57,879 nucleotides of DNA from a virus. Lineage: Duplodnaviria; Caudoviricetes. Location of the stretch: positions 1 to 57,879 of the IMG/VR virus record IMGVR_UViG_3300028571_002227; one strand, given 5' to 3'. Under the pieces are notes generated by a model. It was not told the origin of the DNA, searched no databases, and was given only the letters and a program-made list of their open reading frames with translations. This document shows, one piece after another, positions 17,919 to 27,674 of this stretch (positions within the stretch are counted from its first letter, which is position 1; each line of letters opens with the position of its first letter). The position numbers and the translations under genes are program-made.

Positions 17919-19023
17919 TAATTTCCCCCTTATAAATTATTTCGATATCTTCTAAATTTGCCCACTGGCTTGCACTAATGTCTTGAAATACAGGACTGAT
18001 GAGTTCTACGTCATAAACTCCATATATAGAATTTAGAATGGTAATAATTTGGTTGGGTACAATGTCTTTATTTAAAGATGATTTAAGTGTCGTTTTATAC
18101 TTGTTTAAACCGTCGTTAACTGCCGTTTTAACGCTAGTTAAATCAGCATATGAATACAAAGTGAGTGTAGATTTCATAACAAAGTCTACGGCTTCAGGCT
18201 TTTTGACAATAACATTATCTGTTAGTGGTCGAATTTTATCTGCACACAAATAATTTTGAACAGTAGCTATTAAATCTTCGCTTGGAGTTCCAGTATCGAC
18301 AAGCGGATAAATTTCGACAACGCCTGCTGATGGTGAAATTACAGCGACATCAATTATGCTCTGATCTGCCGATAATGTATGAAATTTGTACGCACCTTTA
18401 CTTCCGGCATTTGAAAAACTTTCCGGTGCTTGACGAATTCTTTCTCGGAAATTATCCGCGTTTTCTTCATCTTGACCACCCGAGGTTATGGTCGTATTTT
18501 TAACTGTAATGACATAACCTAAAGGATTTATAAGAGTTGTAATTGAGTTTATTTCATATCCATTTGCCGAAATACCGGCAGTGGTACTAATCCCATCAAC
18601 TAAAATCGATAATGTGTTTTTTTTGATTATCGCACTTGAATTTGTCTGAAAAACAAATTGCCCATCGTTGGATTCAACTTGAGTGCCGGCAGGGATTGTG
18701 ATATCGAAATCTTGAGCTTCTTCAAGTTTGAATTCAAAGATGGCCTTTGAATATTTGGCTTCTAAAATTGTTACCCCAACGAGTTCTCCAAGATGTTTTA
18801 AAACATCCAGGGTCGCGTAATTCAAGAGATTTGATTTTGCTATTTCTTGAATTTTTATACGAATCAAAGTTTCACGATAGGAACCGACATCAATTAAAAT
18901 TCTTTCAATTTGTGCATCTTGAAGAGTTTTGCCTGTCTTTTGCTCGTAGAGTGCAATCCATTCGTTTGTGATTATATTTGGATCTCTGCCAATAAAATTC
19001 GGTTCAGGTAATTGAGTTGTCAT
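17911..19023 (-). CDS. Baseplate J/gp47 protein
   Basis: GGQDEE...FRERI...SNAGSKGAY...IRPLTD. Confidence 0.9.
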   Translation of the reverse strand: MTTQLPEPNFIGRDPNIITNEWIALYEQKTGKTLQDAQIERILIDVGSYRETLIRIKIQEIAKSNLLNYATLDVLKHLGELVGVTILEAKYSKAIFEFKLEEAQDFDITIPAGTQVESNDGQFVFQTNSSAIIKKNTLSILVDGISTTAGISANGYEINSITTLINPLGYVITVKNTTITSGGQDEENADNFRERIRQAPESFSNAGSKGAYKFHTLSADQSIIDVAVISPSAGVVEIYPLVDTGTPSEDLIATVQNYLCADKIRPLTDNVIVKKPEAVDFVMKSTLTLYSYADLTSVKTAVNDGLNKYKTTLKSSLNKDIVPNQIITILNSIYGVYDVELISPVFQDISASQWANLEDIEIIYKGEINE

Positions 19024-19379
19024 ACCATCACCTCAGTAACAGAAGTAATTTCAGAATCAATCAGGTTCCATTCGATTTTAATTTTTACGTTCGCTACATC
19101 AATTTCAGCACTAACATTTTTAATTTCAATTCTAGTTTCCCACTCAGAAATTGCATCAATAACTTCTCTGATAATATTTGGAACAGCTTCTTGGACGGGA
19201 TAGTCGATGTATTTAAAAATATCAGAACCAAAAGTCGGACGATGAGGCACAGAGCCTTTTTGTGTAGTCAAAATAATATAAATGCATTGATTTATATCAT
19301 CAATTCCTTGTGCGACTTCGCCAATTTCATTCAACTTCGGCTGCCAATCGACATATTTAATTTCGTTTAAATTAGTCAT
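19020..19379 (-). CDS. Baseplate gpW/gp25 family protein
   Basis: ILTTQKGSVPHRPTFGS...WETRI. Confidence 0.9.
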   Translation of the reverse strand: MTNLNEIKYVDWQPKLNEIGEVAQGIDDINQCIYIILTTQKGSVPHRPTFGSDIFKYIDYPVQEAVPNIIREVIDAISEWETRIEIKNVSAEIDVANVKIKIEWNLIDSEITSVTEVMV

Positions 19380-19891
19380 TATGCCATCTCCTTATTCGGA
19401 GCAGAAGTTGGATTACCCATATTTCCTGTGTGATTGTGAGGATTATATGTGTCTCTCATAGCCTGCATTGAGCTTGTTTTGTCTGAAATATCAGCGACGG
19501 AAGTTATACCGGCAGAGTTTTGAAATTTACCGGTTTGATTAATATCTGAAAGAATATCTATTCCTTTGGCTTTTAGAGCTAAAATCCCTGTCGTTTTGTC
19601 AAATTGAATAAATGATTCATCTTCGAATTTAATCATAAGTTGAGTTTTAGAGGTTGCAGGCGGAGTATCGGCAGAAGAATAAATCGCACCTAGAATTACA
19701 CCCTCTTCAGAGTTTTCGTCCATAAGGCAAGCAACGTGTTCGCCGATGTCGGGAATGGCGTAAAATTTGTCCTTCAGCGTTTTTTGTTGCAGAATTGGAA
19801 GCCAATACGAAAGCATATCGTCTTCTGCAAACTGGACACGTGCTTGTGCCAGTGTTGGATTTATATTGGTAACAATTCCAAACTTTAACAC
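19379..19891 (-). CDS. Baseplate spike gpV
   Basis: ARVQF...SYWLP...PDIGEHV...GVILGAIY; C-terminal HNH metal motif. Confidence 0.9.
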   Translation of the reverse strand: MLKFGIVTNINPTLAQARVQFAEDDMLSYWLPILQQKTLKDKFYAIPDIGEHVACLMDENSEEGVILGAIYSSADTPPATSKTQLMIKFEDESFIQFDKTTGILALKAKGIDILSDINQTGKFQNSAGITSVADISDKTSSMQAMRDTYNPHNHTGNMGNPTSAPNKEMA

Positions 19892-20868
19892 GATTTAACC
19901 TCCAAAGCAGTCTTAAACCCGACAGATTTATCAATCGTATGTCGTACTTGAGTCACATGGTATTTGCCCGAAAAATGTCCGATGCCCTTGAGTTCAATAT
20001 TTATTCCTGCGACAAGATATTGGTTCCCTATTAATTCAATTGAGCCCTCAATCCCTGTATCGCCTTTTGTAATTGCGGCTTTTGCTTTTAAAATAGCTTG
20101 CTGTTTGTTTTCACATCTTGTACTTATTTTTAGAGTATCACCATTAACAACCCCTGCATTTTTCACAGTCGTTTTGACTGTTTTTCCAGTTTTTGGGTTG
20201 TGATAACTTACCTGAACAGCTTTGTATTTTTGGCTTGTTTTTTCGGATAAATTTATTCTTGATAAATCTTTTTTGTTGAAGATTTTAGTTGGGGTTGCTG
20301 ATTTTAATTTTTCTGTTTCATAAAAGACAAGGCTGCCTGCTGTTATTTTAAAAATGTAACCATATTCTTCAGCAAGATTTTTTAAGAACGTTAAATCTTT
20401 TTGTTGGTTTTGAGTTATACGCTGAATTTTAACCTCAGCAATACTGCCAACGAGTTTCAATCCGTGCTTTTTCGCTATTTCTGTGGCAATTTGTTTTAGA
20501 GTTTTATTTTCGTACGCAATGGAGTTTTTCTGCCGAAGTGCCTTTTTAATACTGGTTGCAAGTGCTTTTACGGTGATTGTATCGGGCGGAGATTCATATT
20601 CAAGTTCATCGATTTCAAAATTCCCGCAGTTCAAAAGTTTCTGCCCCTCATAACCGATAGACAAACCAAGAACATCGCCTTTACAAGGAATCCAAGCCGA
20701 TTGCCAAAGCAATTCTGAGTCCTCAAACGTTATATTGATTTCATCGCTTTGCCCGTGCTCAAAGTCAGTATAATCAATATTAGTAACGAAACGAGAGACA
20801 TCTTTTGTGATGTCTTTTGATCCGTATGTGAGTTTAAATATAGGTTTTAACATTAGGTTGTTCTCCAT
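19885..20868 (-). CDS. Baseplate hub gpD (late control D)
   Basis: SDEINITFED...LSIGY...GNFEIDE...DLTFLKNLAEEYG. Confidence 0.88.
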   Translation of the reverse strand: MENNLMLKPIFKLTYGSKDITKDVSRFVTNIDYTDFEHGQSDEINITFEDSELLWQSAWIPCKGDVLGLSIGYEGQKLLNCGNFEIDELEYESPPDTITVKALATSIKKALRQKNSIAYENKTLKQIATEIAKKHGLKLVGSIAEVKIQRITQNQQKDLTFLKNLAEEYGYIFKITAGSLVFYETEKLKSATPTKIFNKKDLSRINLSEKTSQKYKAVQVSYHNPKTGKTVKTTVKNAGVVNGDTLKISTRCENKQQAILKAKAAITKGDTGIEGSIELIGNQYLVAGINIELKGIGHFSGKYHVTQVRHTIDKSVGFKTALEVKSC

Positions 20869-21071
20869 GGTGGAAGGTCTGAGGTAATTTCGCCTGTGGT
20901 TTCTATGACTGGGATTTTTAATTTTATTCCGGCAGTTAATACCGGCTTAATTGCTACATTCGGGTTGGCTTTGATTATGTTTTCATACAGTGTTGCATCG
21001 TTGTAAAACTTGTACGAAATCAAGTCCCATCTGTCTTTATCCTTTGTTATGTAGGTATAAAATTCTGTCAT
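20853..21071 (-). CDS. Tail protein X (LysM-like)
   Basis: DRWDLISYKFY...ANP...LKIP...LPPW. Confidence 0.9.
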   Translation of the reverse strand: MTEFYTYITKDKDRWDLISYKFYNDATLYENIIKANPNVAIKPVLTAGIKLKIPVIETTGEITSDLPPWRTT

Positions 21072-21499
21072 TTAACTTTCAATCCTTTTGAATTGGATTT
21101 CGAATCAGTTTTGCTTGCAGTAACTTTGCCTGTGAATTCTCTGAGTTTTAAATCAATTTGAACGGCTGTTAAATAACCTTCTTTGCTTGCCTGCTCAGTG
21201 ACCGATGAAATCTCAGAAATGACAAAAACTCCAACGTATTCACCGTTACCTTTGATAAATTTGAGGGGTGTTCCTTTTTTAGCAACGTCTTTGAGGTTTT
21301 TAATTTCATCTTCAGGTGTGCAAAAACTAGTATGAAAGTTTAATTTTATATCCTGTTCTTGCAAATTTTCCCCTAAATATTGAAGCAAAGGTTTTTGACT
21401 TATACGAGGATGCTCAGCGAAATTGTAGGAATTAGTTTCACTGATTCCATTGAAATATGTTATTAAATCAAATTTTATTTCGCCTAGTTGTGCAAACAT
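21068..21499 (-). CDS. Tail protein gpU
   Basis: MFAQLGEIKF...AEHPRI..KPLLQYLG...GVFVI...LREF. Confidence 0.88.
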   Translation of the reverse strand: MFAQLGEIKFDLITYFNGISETNSYNFAEHPRISQKPLLQYLGENLQEQDIKLNFHTSFCTPEDEIKNLKDVAKKGTPLKFIKGNGEYVGVFVISEISSVTEQASKEGYLTAVQIDLKLREFTGKVTASKTDSKSNSKGLKVK

Positions 21500-21500
21500 A

Positions 21501-24035
21501 TTAGTACGCTAACCTCACTTGTCTTTGGTTTTCTGCTTTAACAATTTTTAAAATTTCGTCCTTATGTTTTTTGAGCATCTGTGCGAAATCTGCTTTTGCG
21601 GTCGGACTTGCGTTATCAATTGAGACATTAGGGCTGTAATGTATTGTTGTTGAGCTTCCGCCTGAATTGCCTCGAGCGACGTTGCCTTTTAAGCCCTTAG
21701 AACTCAGGCTCAACGCCTTGTTCATCGCAGTTAAAATCGGTAGGGGCTTTATTGTCGCTGCAATAGTCTCAGCGATTTTGACTTTGTGCAAATCTTTAAG
21801 CGGCCCCATTTTAGCCGGCGAATGTGGCAGGTGGTCGCGAATTATTTGAGTGTGTTTAGCTATTGCTTTTTGAGTCTGGTCGGTTTTAGAAAGCATCCCA
21901 AAAGACAAGAAGTCTGCGATTTTAGCACCTAATTGAAACATCTTTTTGACTAAATCTGTAACTTTTAAAATTATTTGAGCGAGAACCTTACCGAATCTCA
22001 TACCCATTTTTTCTGCCGCCCCGCCTGTGTCTTCAACAGGTTTTAAAAGCTTTTTAAACCAATCAAAAATGGCTTTTAATGGGGTGATGATTGGTGATAA
22101 TGCTTTTGCCAATGTGTCAAATGCTGGTTTTAGTGGTGCAAGTCCAGTTTTTAAACCCGTAAAGACTCCCCTGAAAAACCCTGTAATCGGCTTCCAATAT
22201 TTGTAAATAACAAAAGCTGTCGCTCCGATTGCAAGTGCAATCCAACCAATGGGAGAAGTCAAAAGAGTCAAAGAAAATGCTCTAAAAGCCATAATCGCAC
22301 CTTGTATTTTACTTGGAATACCTAAAAATCCTGACTTCATTGCACTCAATCCGTTTAAGATGTTGCTAGGAATAGCCTTAATAGATGTTATACTCCAAAT
22401 TTTTAATGCCTGAGCTGACTTTGAAATATTGGTTGGAAGTTCTTTGAAGCCTTTAATTAAACCACTTCTCAAATCATTATCAATTCTTCTAACATCGGCC
22501 ATCAGTCCATTTTTCAATGAAAAGTTAGAGAGATTTATTCCAAGTGAATTTCCTGCATTTTTAATTTTTGTGCCATATTCAAGATTATGAGCGGTAGTAT
22601 TCAAGCCCAAGAATTTAAAGAGCTGAAGAGTGTTTTCTCTTAAAATTGGATTTAAAAATTTTGCATAGGTGAGGAATTTTCCGTAGCCTGAAGTAAGGCT
22701 TGAAATCATAAGTGCTGTTCCGCCTATCGCAAGACTCAATGTGCCAAGAGTAATTAAAGTTGCACTCAATGCCACTGTTGTTAATGCAATATTCTTTGCA
22801 AATATTGGATGCTTAGTAATAAATTTGCCGATTTTATCTGATAAATCGTTCAAATGATTTGCCAAGCCTTTGAGTTCAGGAGATAAAGTTGCCCCGAATT
22901 GAGCCAGAGTGTTTGTTAATGTTCCTGTAAAAGCTTCCCAAAGATTTTTGAATGTTCCCATTACAAGATTTAATCGGGTTTGCAAATCCGCCTGTTTTGC
23001 AAGAGTTTGCTGTGCTTTTTGATATCCCCTTAAACCTTGTGTTGCCATTTCAGATATCGCAGTTGCAGCTTCATCCCCGAATAGTTTTTTTATCACATTG
23101 AGTTTGTCTTGTTGATTTAACTTGTTGAGTTTTTCGACCTGCTTAATCATATTTTCTACGCCAAGAAATTTACCGTTTTTGAAGAATTCAAGATAAATCC
23201 CCATAGATTTGAGCTGTGCATTAATTTTTTGCATTTTTTTAGTTTCAAGTTTGTCATCAAGCCCCGGAAGATCGAGCATAATACGTCTTAAAGAAGTCCC
23301 AAGCTGTTCGCCCCTGATACCAGCTTGTGCAAGAGTTCCTGATAGGGCAAGAACGGATTTACTTTGTTGATAGCCTGAAATTCCAAGTTGTTTAAATATT
23401 GGGCCTGCGTATTTTAATGTGTAAGCAAATTGTTCAGGATCTAATCCAAAGCCAAACTTAGCTCTTTGAATTTGGTCGATGAATTTTACAAAATCTTTTT
23501 CAGCAATACCTAAGCTTTTTGAAAATGTCGCTGTAATATCTGAGACTCCTTCAGGTGAAACATCACCGAGCAGAACTCTTAAATAAGCTGAGCCTTCAAG
23601 TCCGCCATTTGCGATGGTTTTGCTTGCTATTCCGAGTTCTTTTAATCTCGCAGCCATAATGGTAAAATCTCTCGTTGTCCCTGGAAGCTTCATCCCAAGT
23701 TTTTCTGATTGCTTGTTGATTTTTTCAAAGTAAGAATCAACGCCCGAACTTGTCATAAAGGCGACTTTCATTCTTGTTTGGGCATCTTCAAGGTCGGCAA
23801 ATGCTTCGATTGGTTTTTCTATTGCCATTCCAAGAGCAACTCCTGCAGCAGTCATTCCGGCACCTGCTGTTACCAAACCTTGCCCGATTTCTTTTGTAGT
23901 ATCAGATACTTGCTTGATTTTTCTCTGAAGTTTATCAAATTCTTCATTAGACTGATTTACGGCATCTTTAATCACCCTTGACATTTTGTCAAAGGCGATA
24001 AGAGTTAAAGATACTTTCATTGCTGTGTCTAACAT
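21501..24035 (-). CDS. Tape measure protein
   Basis: Long helical protein; AQAGIRGEQLGTSLR; LPHSPAKMGPL; position after chaperone. Confidence 0.9.
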   Translation of the reverse strand: MLDTAMKVSLTLIAFDKMSRVIKDAVNQSNEEFDKLQRKIKQVSDTTKEIGQGLVTAGAGMTAAGVALGMAIEKPIEAFADLEDAQTRMKVAFMTSSGVDSYFEKINKQSEKLGMKLPGTTRDFTIMAARLKELGIASKTIANGGLEGSAYLRVLLGDVSPEGVSDITATFSKSLGIAEKDFVKFIDQIQRAKFGFGLDPEQFAYTLKYAGPIFKQLGISGYQQSKSVLALSGTLAQAGIRGEQLGTSLRRIMLDLPGLDDKLETKKMQKINAQLKSMGIYLEFFKNGKFLGVENMIKQVEKLNKLNQQDKLNVIKKLFGDEAATAISEMATQGLRGYQKAQQTLAKQADLQTRLNLVMGTFKNLWEAFTGTLTNTLAQFGATLSPELKGLANHLNDLSDKIGKFITKHPIFAKNIALTTVALSATLITLGTLSLAIGGTALMISSLTSGYGKFLTYAKFLNPILRENTLQLFKFLGLNTTAHNLEYGTKIKNAGNSLGINLSNFSLKNGLMADVRRIDNDLRSGLIKGFKELPTNISKSAQALKIWSITSIKAIPSNILNGLSAMKSGFLGIPSKIQGAIMAFRAFSLTLLTSPIGWIALAIGATAFVIYKYWKPITGFFRGVFTGLKTGLAPLKPAFDTLAKALSPIITPLKAIFDWFKKLLKPVEDTGGAAEKMGMRFGKVLAQIILKVTDLVKKMFQLGAKIADFLSFGMLSKTDQTQKAIAKHTQIIRDHLPHSPAKMGPLKDLHKVKIAETIAATIKPLPILTAMNKALSLSSKGLKGNVARGNSGGSSTTIHYSPNVSIDNASPTAKADFAQMLKKHKDEILKIVKAENQRQVRLAY

Positions 24036-24196
24036 TCTTCATCCAATACTTCAGTCGTGCTCTGTTTGTATTTAATCGCCTCGTTTACCCAAAAAGAAAG
24101 CTCATCAAGAGCCATTTCTTTTATTTCGCTGTATTGCCAGCCGGTTGTTCTGGCGAGGTGGATGATGCAGTCGGCTGCAAGGACTTGAACTTCCCC
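24029..24196 (-). CDS. Tail chaperone extension gpE' in the -1 frame (probable programmed frameshift)
   Basis: -1 frame reads GEVQVLAADCIIHLARTTGWQYSEIKEMALDELSFWVNEAIKY..., P2 gpE'-like; no upstream start with RBS. Confidence 0.65.
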   Translation of the reverse strand, partial: GEVQVLAADCIIHLARTTGWQYSEIKEMALDELSFWVNEAIKYKQSTTEVLDEEC

Positions 24197-24414
24197 GAAA
24201 TTTCTGCTTGAAGTGCGAGAACATCTTCCAAGTCAAACTCAAGTAAGTCCTCATAAACTATTTTTTGTCCGTCAACTTCTGCAAGTTCTGCGATTAAAGC
24301 AAATGTAATCTCTTCAGATGTTTTTGCTTTTCTTTGTGCATTTAAGAGATGAAAACCTTTTCCCTGCTCAATTTTTACTTTTTTCCCTGATGGTAGTGTT
24401 AATTCTGTTGTCAT
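24121..24414 (-). CDS. Tail assembly chaperone gpE
   Basis: Between tube and tape measure genes; IAELAEVDG...EDLLEFDLED. Confidence 0.8.
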   Translation of the reverse strand: MTTELTLPSGKKVKIEQGKGFHLLNAQRKAKTSEEITFALIAELAEVDGQKIVYEDLLEFDLEDVLALQAEISGKFKSLQPTASSTSPEQPAGNTAK

Positions 24415-24415
24415 T

Positions 24416-24937
24416 TTATCCTCCTATATTACTTTTGTATTTTGACAAGATGTCTACGGAGCCTACTTTGTAGATGTTTTCAAGGACATCTATTTCGAAA
24501 ATTTCAGCACCGTCGACGATTAGTTTTGCGTAAGTTACAGCCATAGTTGTTTCATATTCGGCGTTGTCTCCAGGCTTGATTGTACCTAGCGGAAATTCTT
24601 TGAAAGTTCCTGAAATAAATGCAGTAGCTGGTACTTCTGAAATTCTGCCGGTTCCGTTATAAGTTTCAAGTGAGGCTCTGACTTGAATTGCAACCGCAAC
24701 AAAAGGATTTGCACAAGTTCTGAGAACATCAGGATAAAGTGCGTTCCATTTAATTTTGCATTCCAATTTGTCTATGCCTGCAAAAAACTCAGCAGAGCCA
24801 ACCATCCCAAGAGCTTTGTGTTCAGCCATCTTGTGCTTAATCTGCGGAAGCTGAATTTCTTCCGCTCGGCCCAAAAGATTATTTCCGTTCATATAAATAT
24901 TGGCGTTAATAAGTTTGTTTATTTGGATTTTAGACAT
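24416..24937 (-). CDS. Major tail tube protein (P2 FII-like)
   Basis: GRAEEIQLP...GIDKLE...EIDVLENIYKV. Confidence 0.9.
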   Translation of the reverse strand: MSKIQINKLINANIYMNGNNLLGRAEEIQLPQIKHKMAEHKALGMVGSAEFFAGIDKLECKIKWNALYPDVLRTCANPFVAVAIQVRASLETYNGTGRISEVPATAFISGTFKEFPLGTIKPGDNAEYETTMAVTYAKLIVDGAEIFEIDVLENIYKVGSVDILSKYKSNIGG

Positions 24938-24946
24938 TTTCTCTCC

Positions 24947-26179
24947 TTATTTGGTACCAAGACTTTTCAACAATTCGATGTTGATAAAGCTTTCAAATGT
25001 AATTCTTTCAGCAGGAGTCGGAGGCATAAATTCAATATCGAAAAGTAAGTGGCCGTTTGCAACTTCTGTTGTTGGGTTTTTATCGGGATTGTAAAAACAC
25101 TTGCCGTCAATCAATGCCCCACGCCCAATCAAAGTCCTAATAAATGCATTCACGCTTTCGCAAATTGCATCGATAAGCCCGTTAGTGATTGGATGGTCAA
25201 TAAATTGAAGCATCGAATACTCAACACTTTCGTGCAAAATGTCAGCAGTTCTTCTTACGTTGATAAAATTAGTTGGAAGAGTAGAACTTGGATAAGCCGC
25301 CGAACGGTTACCCCAAGTTTTCAATCCTGAGCCATAACTATTAAAGACGGTTACTATTCCAGCTTCGTTAAGTGTATTTACCTCGCTTGACGGGTCATTA
25401 ATCATTGAAGTTAACTGCTTTTCGACACCGGTGATTCCTAAGATTTCAGTGTTTGATGGCGACCACCAATAACCTTTATCGATGTCTTTTGCGGCGATTA
25501 CACCTGCAAGCCTTTGAGAATACGGTTCTAAAATTTCACTTTCAGTCGCGGAATCATACACTTTCAAATGTGGGTAACAGAGGATTAATCGCTGAGAGGC
25601 GAAGTTGAAATTAATTGTTCCTTCAGGTCCTCTTCCGACAATTGCATCTTGAACTGTAGTTCCAACAGGTGCATCAACAATTCCAATTGCTCTGATTTTA
25701 TTGCAAACTGTGTTTATGTCGGTTACTACCGCTTTATCTTCGCAGAATACGGGGGCAATAATTGTTTTAGGGTAAAAACCGAACATTGAGTAGCAATCTT
25801 CAAAGGCTTTCATTCCGGTTCTTTTTCCTGTCAAAATATCTATTTTTCCATTTATATCAGAAATAGTGACATTAGAAACTGAAGTATGAACGCTAGGGTC
25901 AAATACATTTACAACAAGGACAATGCCTGAGCCTTGGGCGAAAATTGCTTTAAGTGCTTGTGGTATTGTGTATCCTGACTTGTTTTCGCCGAAATATTTT
26001 ACGCCATCTGCTTCATTCAAAATTAAAACAGGTTTATTTATGTTTTTGTAATCGGCACCGACTGTCTCTATCGGAGCAGTTCCGACAAGTCCGATTACTG
26101 CTGTTTTTACTGTTCTTATTGTGACTGAGCCTTTTTGAACTTCGATTGTTTCGACTCCGTGTAAAAATGATGCGGGCAT
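24947..26179 (-). CDS. Contractile tail sheath protein
   Basis: FLHGVETIE...TAVIGLVGTAP...WWSPSN...WGNRS...PPTPAERITF. Confidence 0.93.
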   Translation of the reverse strand: MPASFLHGVETIEVQKGSVTIRTVKTAVIGLVGTAPIETVGADYKNINKPVLILNEADGVKYFGENKSGYTIPQALKAIFAQGSGIVLVVNVFDPSVHTSVSNVTISDINGKIDILTGKRTGMKAFEDCYSMFGFYPKTIIAPVFCEDKAVVTDINTVCNKIRAIGIVDAPVGTTVQDAIVGRGPEGTINFNFASQRLILCYPHLKVYDSATESEILEPYSQRLAGVIAAKDIDKGYWWSPSNTEILGITGVEKQLTSMINDPSSEVNTLNEAGIVTVFNSYGSGLKTWGNRSAAYPSSTLPTNFINVRRTADILHESVEYSMLQFIDHPITNGLIDAICESVNAFIRTLIGRGALIDGKCFYNPDKNPTTEVANGHLLFDIEFMPPTPAERITFESFINIELLKSLGTK

Positions 26180-26595
26180 TAATCCTCCTCCGTTTCAATG
26201 CTTGGGGTAGTTAATTCAAAATTGATTGTGTATTGCCAAATCCCATTGTTTTCAGTCAAAAACCCTTCTTTTGTTGGGCACATTTTTGTGCAGCCATCGA
26301 TTTTAAATCCTGTTAAAATTTGTTTAACTTTTTCTAAAAGCAAATAGGCCCCATCGTTTGTTTTCAAATATCTTGTGATTAGAGTTAGTGCAAATTCCAT
26401 TTTCTTTTGCTGAAAAATGACATCCAGGGACTGACTATTTCCATAACTTGCACCTTGATAATGAACAAGAATGGCACCCTTTGGATGTGTGAAAGTATAT
26501 TCTTGCGGTTTGTCAGGGAATGAATCAATATACAAACCAGTTATTTTACTTTTTAATCTTTCTACTATTTGATTTTCAATTGCTTCAATATTCAC
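26179..26595 (-). CDS. Mu gp37-like tail completion protein
   Basis: HPKGAILVHYQG...GIWQY. Confidence 0.8.
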   Translation of the reverse strand: MNIEAIENQIVERLKSKITGLYIDSFPDKPQEYTFTHPKGAILVHYQGASYGNSQSLDVIFQQKKMEFALTLITRYLKTNDGAYLLLEKVKQILTGFKIDGCTKMCPTKEGFLTENNGIWQYTINFELTTPSIETEED

Positions 26596-27016
26596 TTAGA
26601 ACCTCGTGGCTGAACATTCTATCGTTTGAATTTTTGTTTGATAAATATTCGTTGTTTTGTATGGTTTCTTGGCTGTTTTCGAGTTCAAGCGTGATAGTTC
26701 CTTTTTGGATTTTGTCCAAAGTTTTAATTGTTTCTTTGTACTGAGCCATAATAGATTCTGGCATATCGGCTTGTAACCTGCGGCTGTATAACCTGTAAAT
26801 GCTTAAATCGATTGCGATAATCCTTAAAAGGGGAAGATGAGTATCAAGAGGTAAATTATATCTACCTCTCAGATACCCATCGATTAGGGTTGAAGAGTAA
26901 AGGATAGCCTCAAATGTCACTGCTTCGTCAACTTCGGGGAGAGAGTTGTCGTTGGTTAGTTGTACAAGGGTTGCGTGGGTGATTTGCTTTTCGATATCTT
27001 CAACACTGCAATACAT
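26585..27016 (-). CDS. Mu gp36-like head-tail connector (DUF1320)
   Basis: MYCSVED...IDGYLRGRYNLPL...YRLY. Confidence 0.88.
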   Translation of the reverse strand: MYCSVEDIEKQITHATLVQLTNDNSLPEVDEAVTFEAILYSSTLIDGYLRGRYNLPLDTHLPLLRIIAIDLSIYRLYSRRLQADMPESIMAQYKETIKTLDKIQKGTITLELENSQETIQNNEYLSNKNSNDRMFSHEVLSEY

Positions 27017-27358
27017 TTATATTCCTCTAGCAATACGGATAATTTCACCTGATGCAGTTGCAGCATCAAGTGCATATCCGTTAATTTCTTCAGTTGTAGC
27101 AACAGGAATTGCTCTACCTTGAGAATCACTCGTAATTTTTGCCCCTTGAATTATAGCGGAGCCTGATTCAACAAGTAAAATCCCAAGGACGGCAATTGGG
27201 GCAAATTGGTTTTTTTCTGTTTCAACATCACAAATACCAAAAGATTTTTTACTGGCACCGCAAATGTTTCCGTCGAAGCCCACAAATCTTTGTTTAGGCA
27301 AATCAATTTGTGCTTTTATTGAATCAATTAGAAGTGGTTTATACAGTTTCTGTGCCAT
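27017..27358 (-). CDS. Capsid cement/decoration protein (DUF2190-like)
   Basis: RFVGFDG...ITSDSQGRAI...GYALDAATASGEII. Confidence 0.75.
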   Translation of the reverse strand: MAQKLYKPLLIDSIKAQIDLPKQRFVGFDGNICGASKKSFGICDVETEKNQFAPIAVLGILLVESGSAIIQGAKITSDSQGRAIPVATTEEINGYALDAATASGEIIRIARGI

Positions 27359-27665
27359 TTAGAGCCTCCTCTTTTGTTCCTTCAGGTTTTACTTCTTCTG
27401 TTGATGCTGTTGCATCTGCGGCTGTGGCCGTAGCCTCAGTTGTTGTATCCGTTGTCGTAGCTGCTTTATCAGCTTTTTTATTTGATTTTGTAGCTTTTGG
27501 AGTTGGAGTTTCACCCGAATTACTTTCAGCAACTATTTCAATAGGAGTTAAGTAATCGGCTAATTTAGCCACATTGAAGTCGTCTGGGAACTCGATGGTA
27601 TCGCCTATTCCATAGGTCTTTTTATTGTGTAAAATTGTTGTGTTTTTAACGATAAATTTAGACAT
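27339..27665 (-). CDS. Small head-module protein with Thr/Ala-rich tail
   Basis: LHNKKTYGIGDTIE motif; follows capsid gene. Confidence 0.65.
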   Translation of the reverse strand: MSKFIVKNTTILHNKKTYGIGDTIEFPDDFNVAKLADYLTPIEIVAESNSGETPTPKATKSNKKADKAATTTDTTTEATATAADATASTEEVKPEGTKEEALNGTETV

Positions 27666-27674
27666 TTTTTCTCC

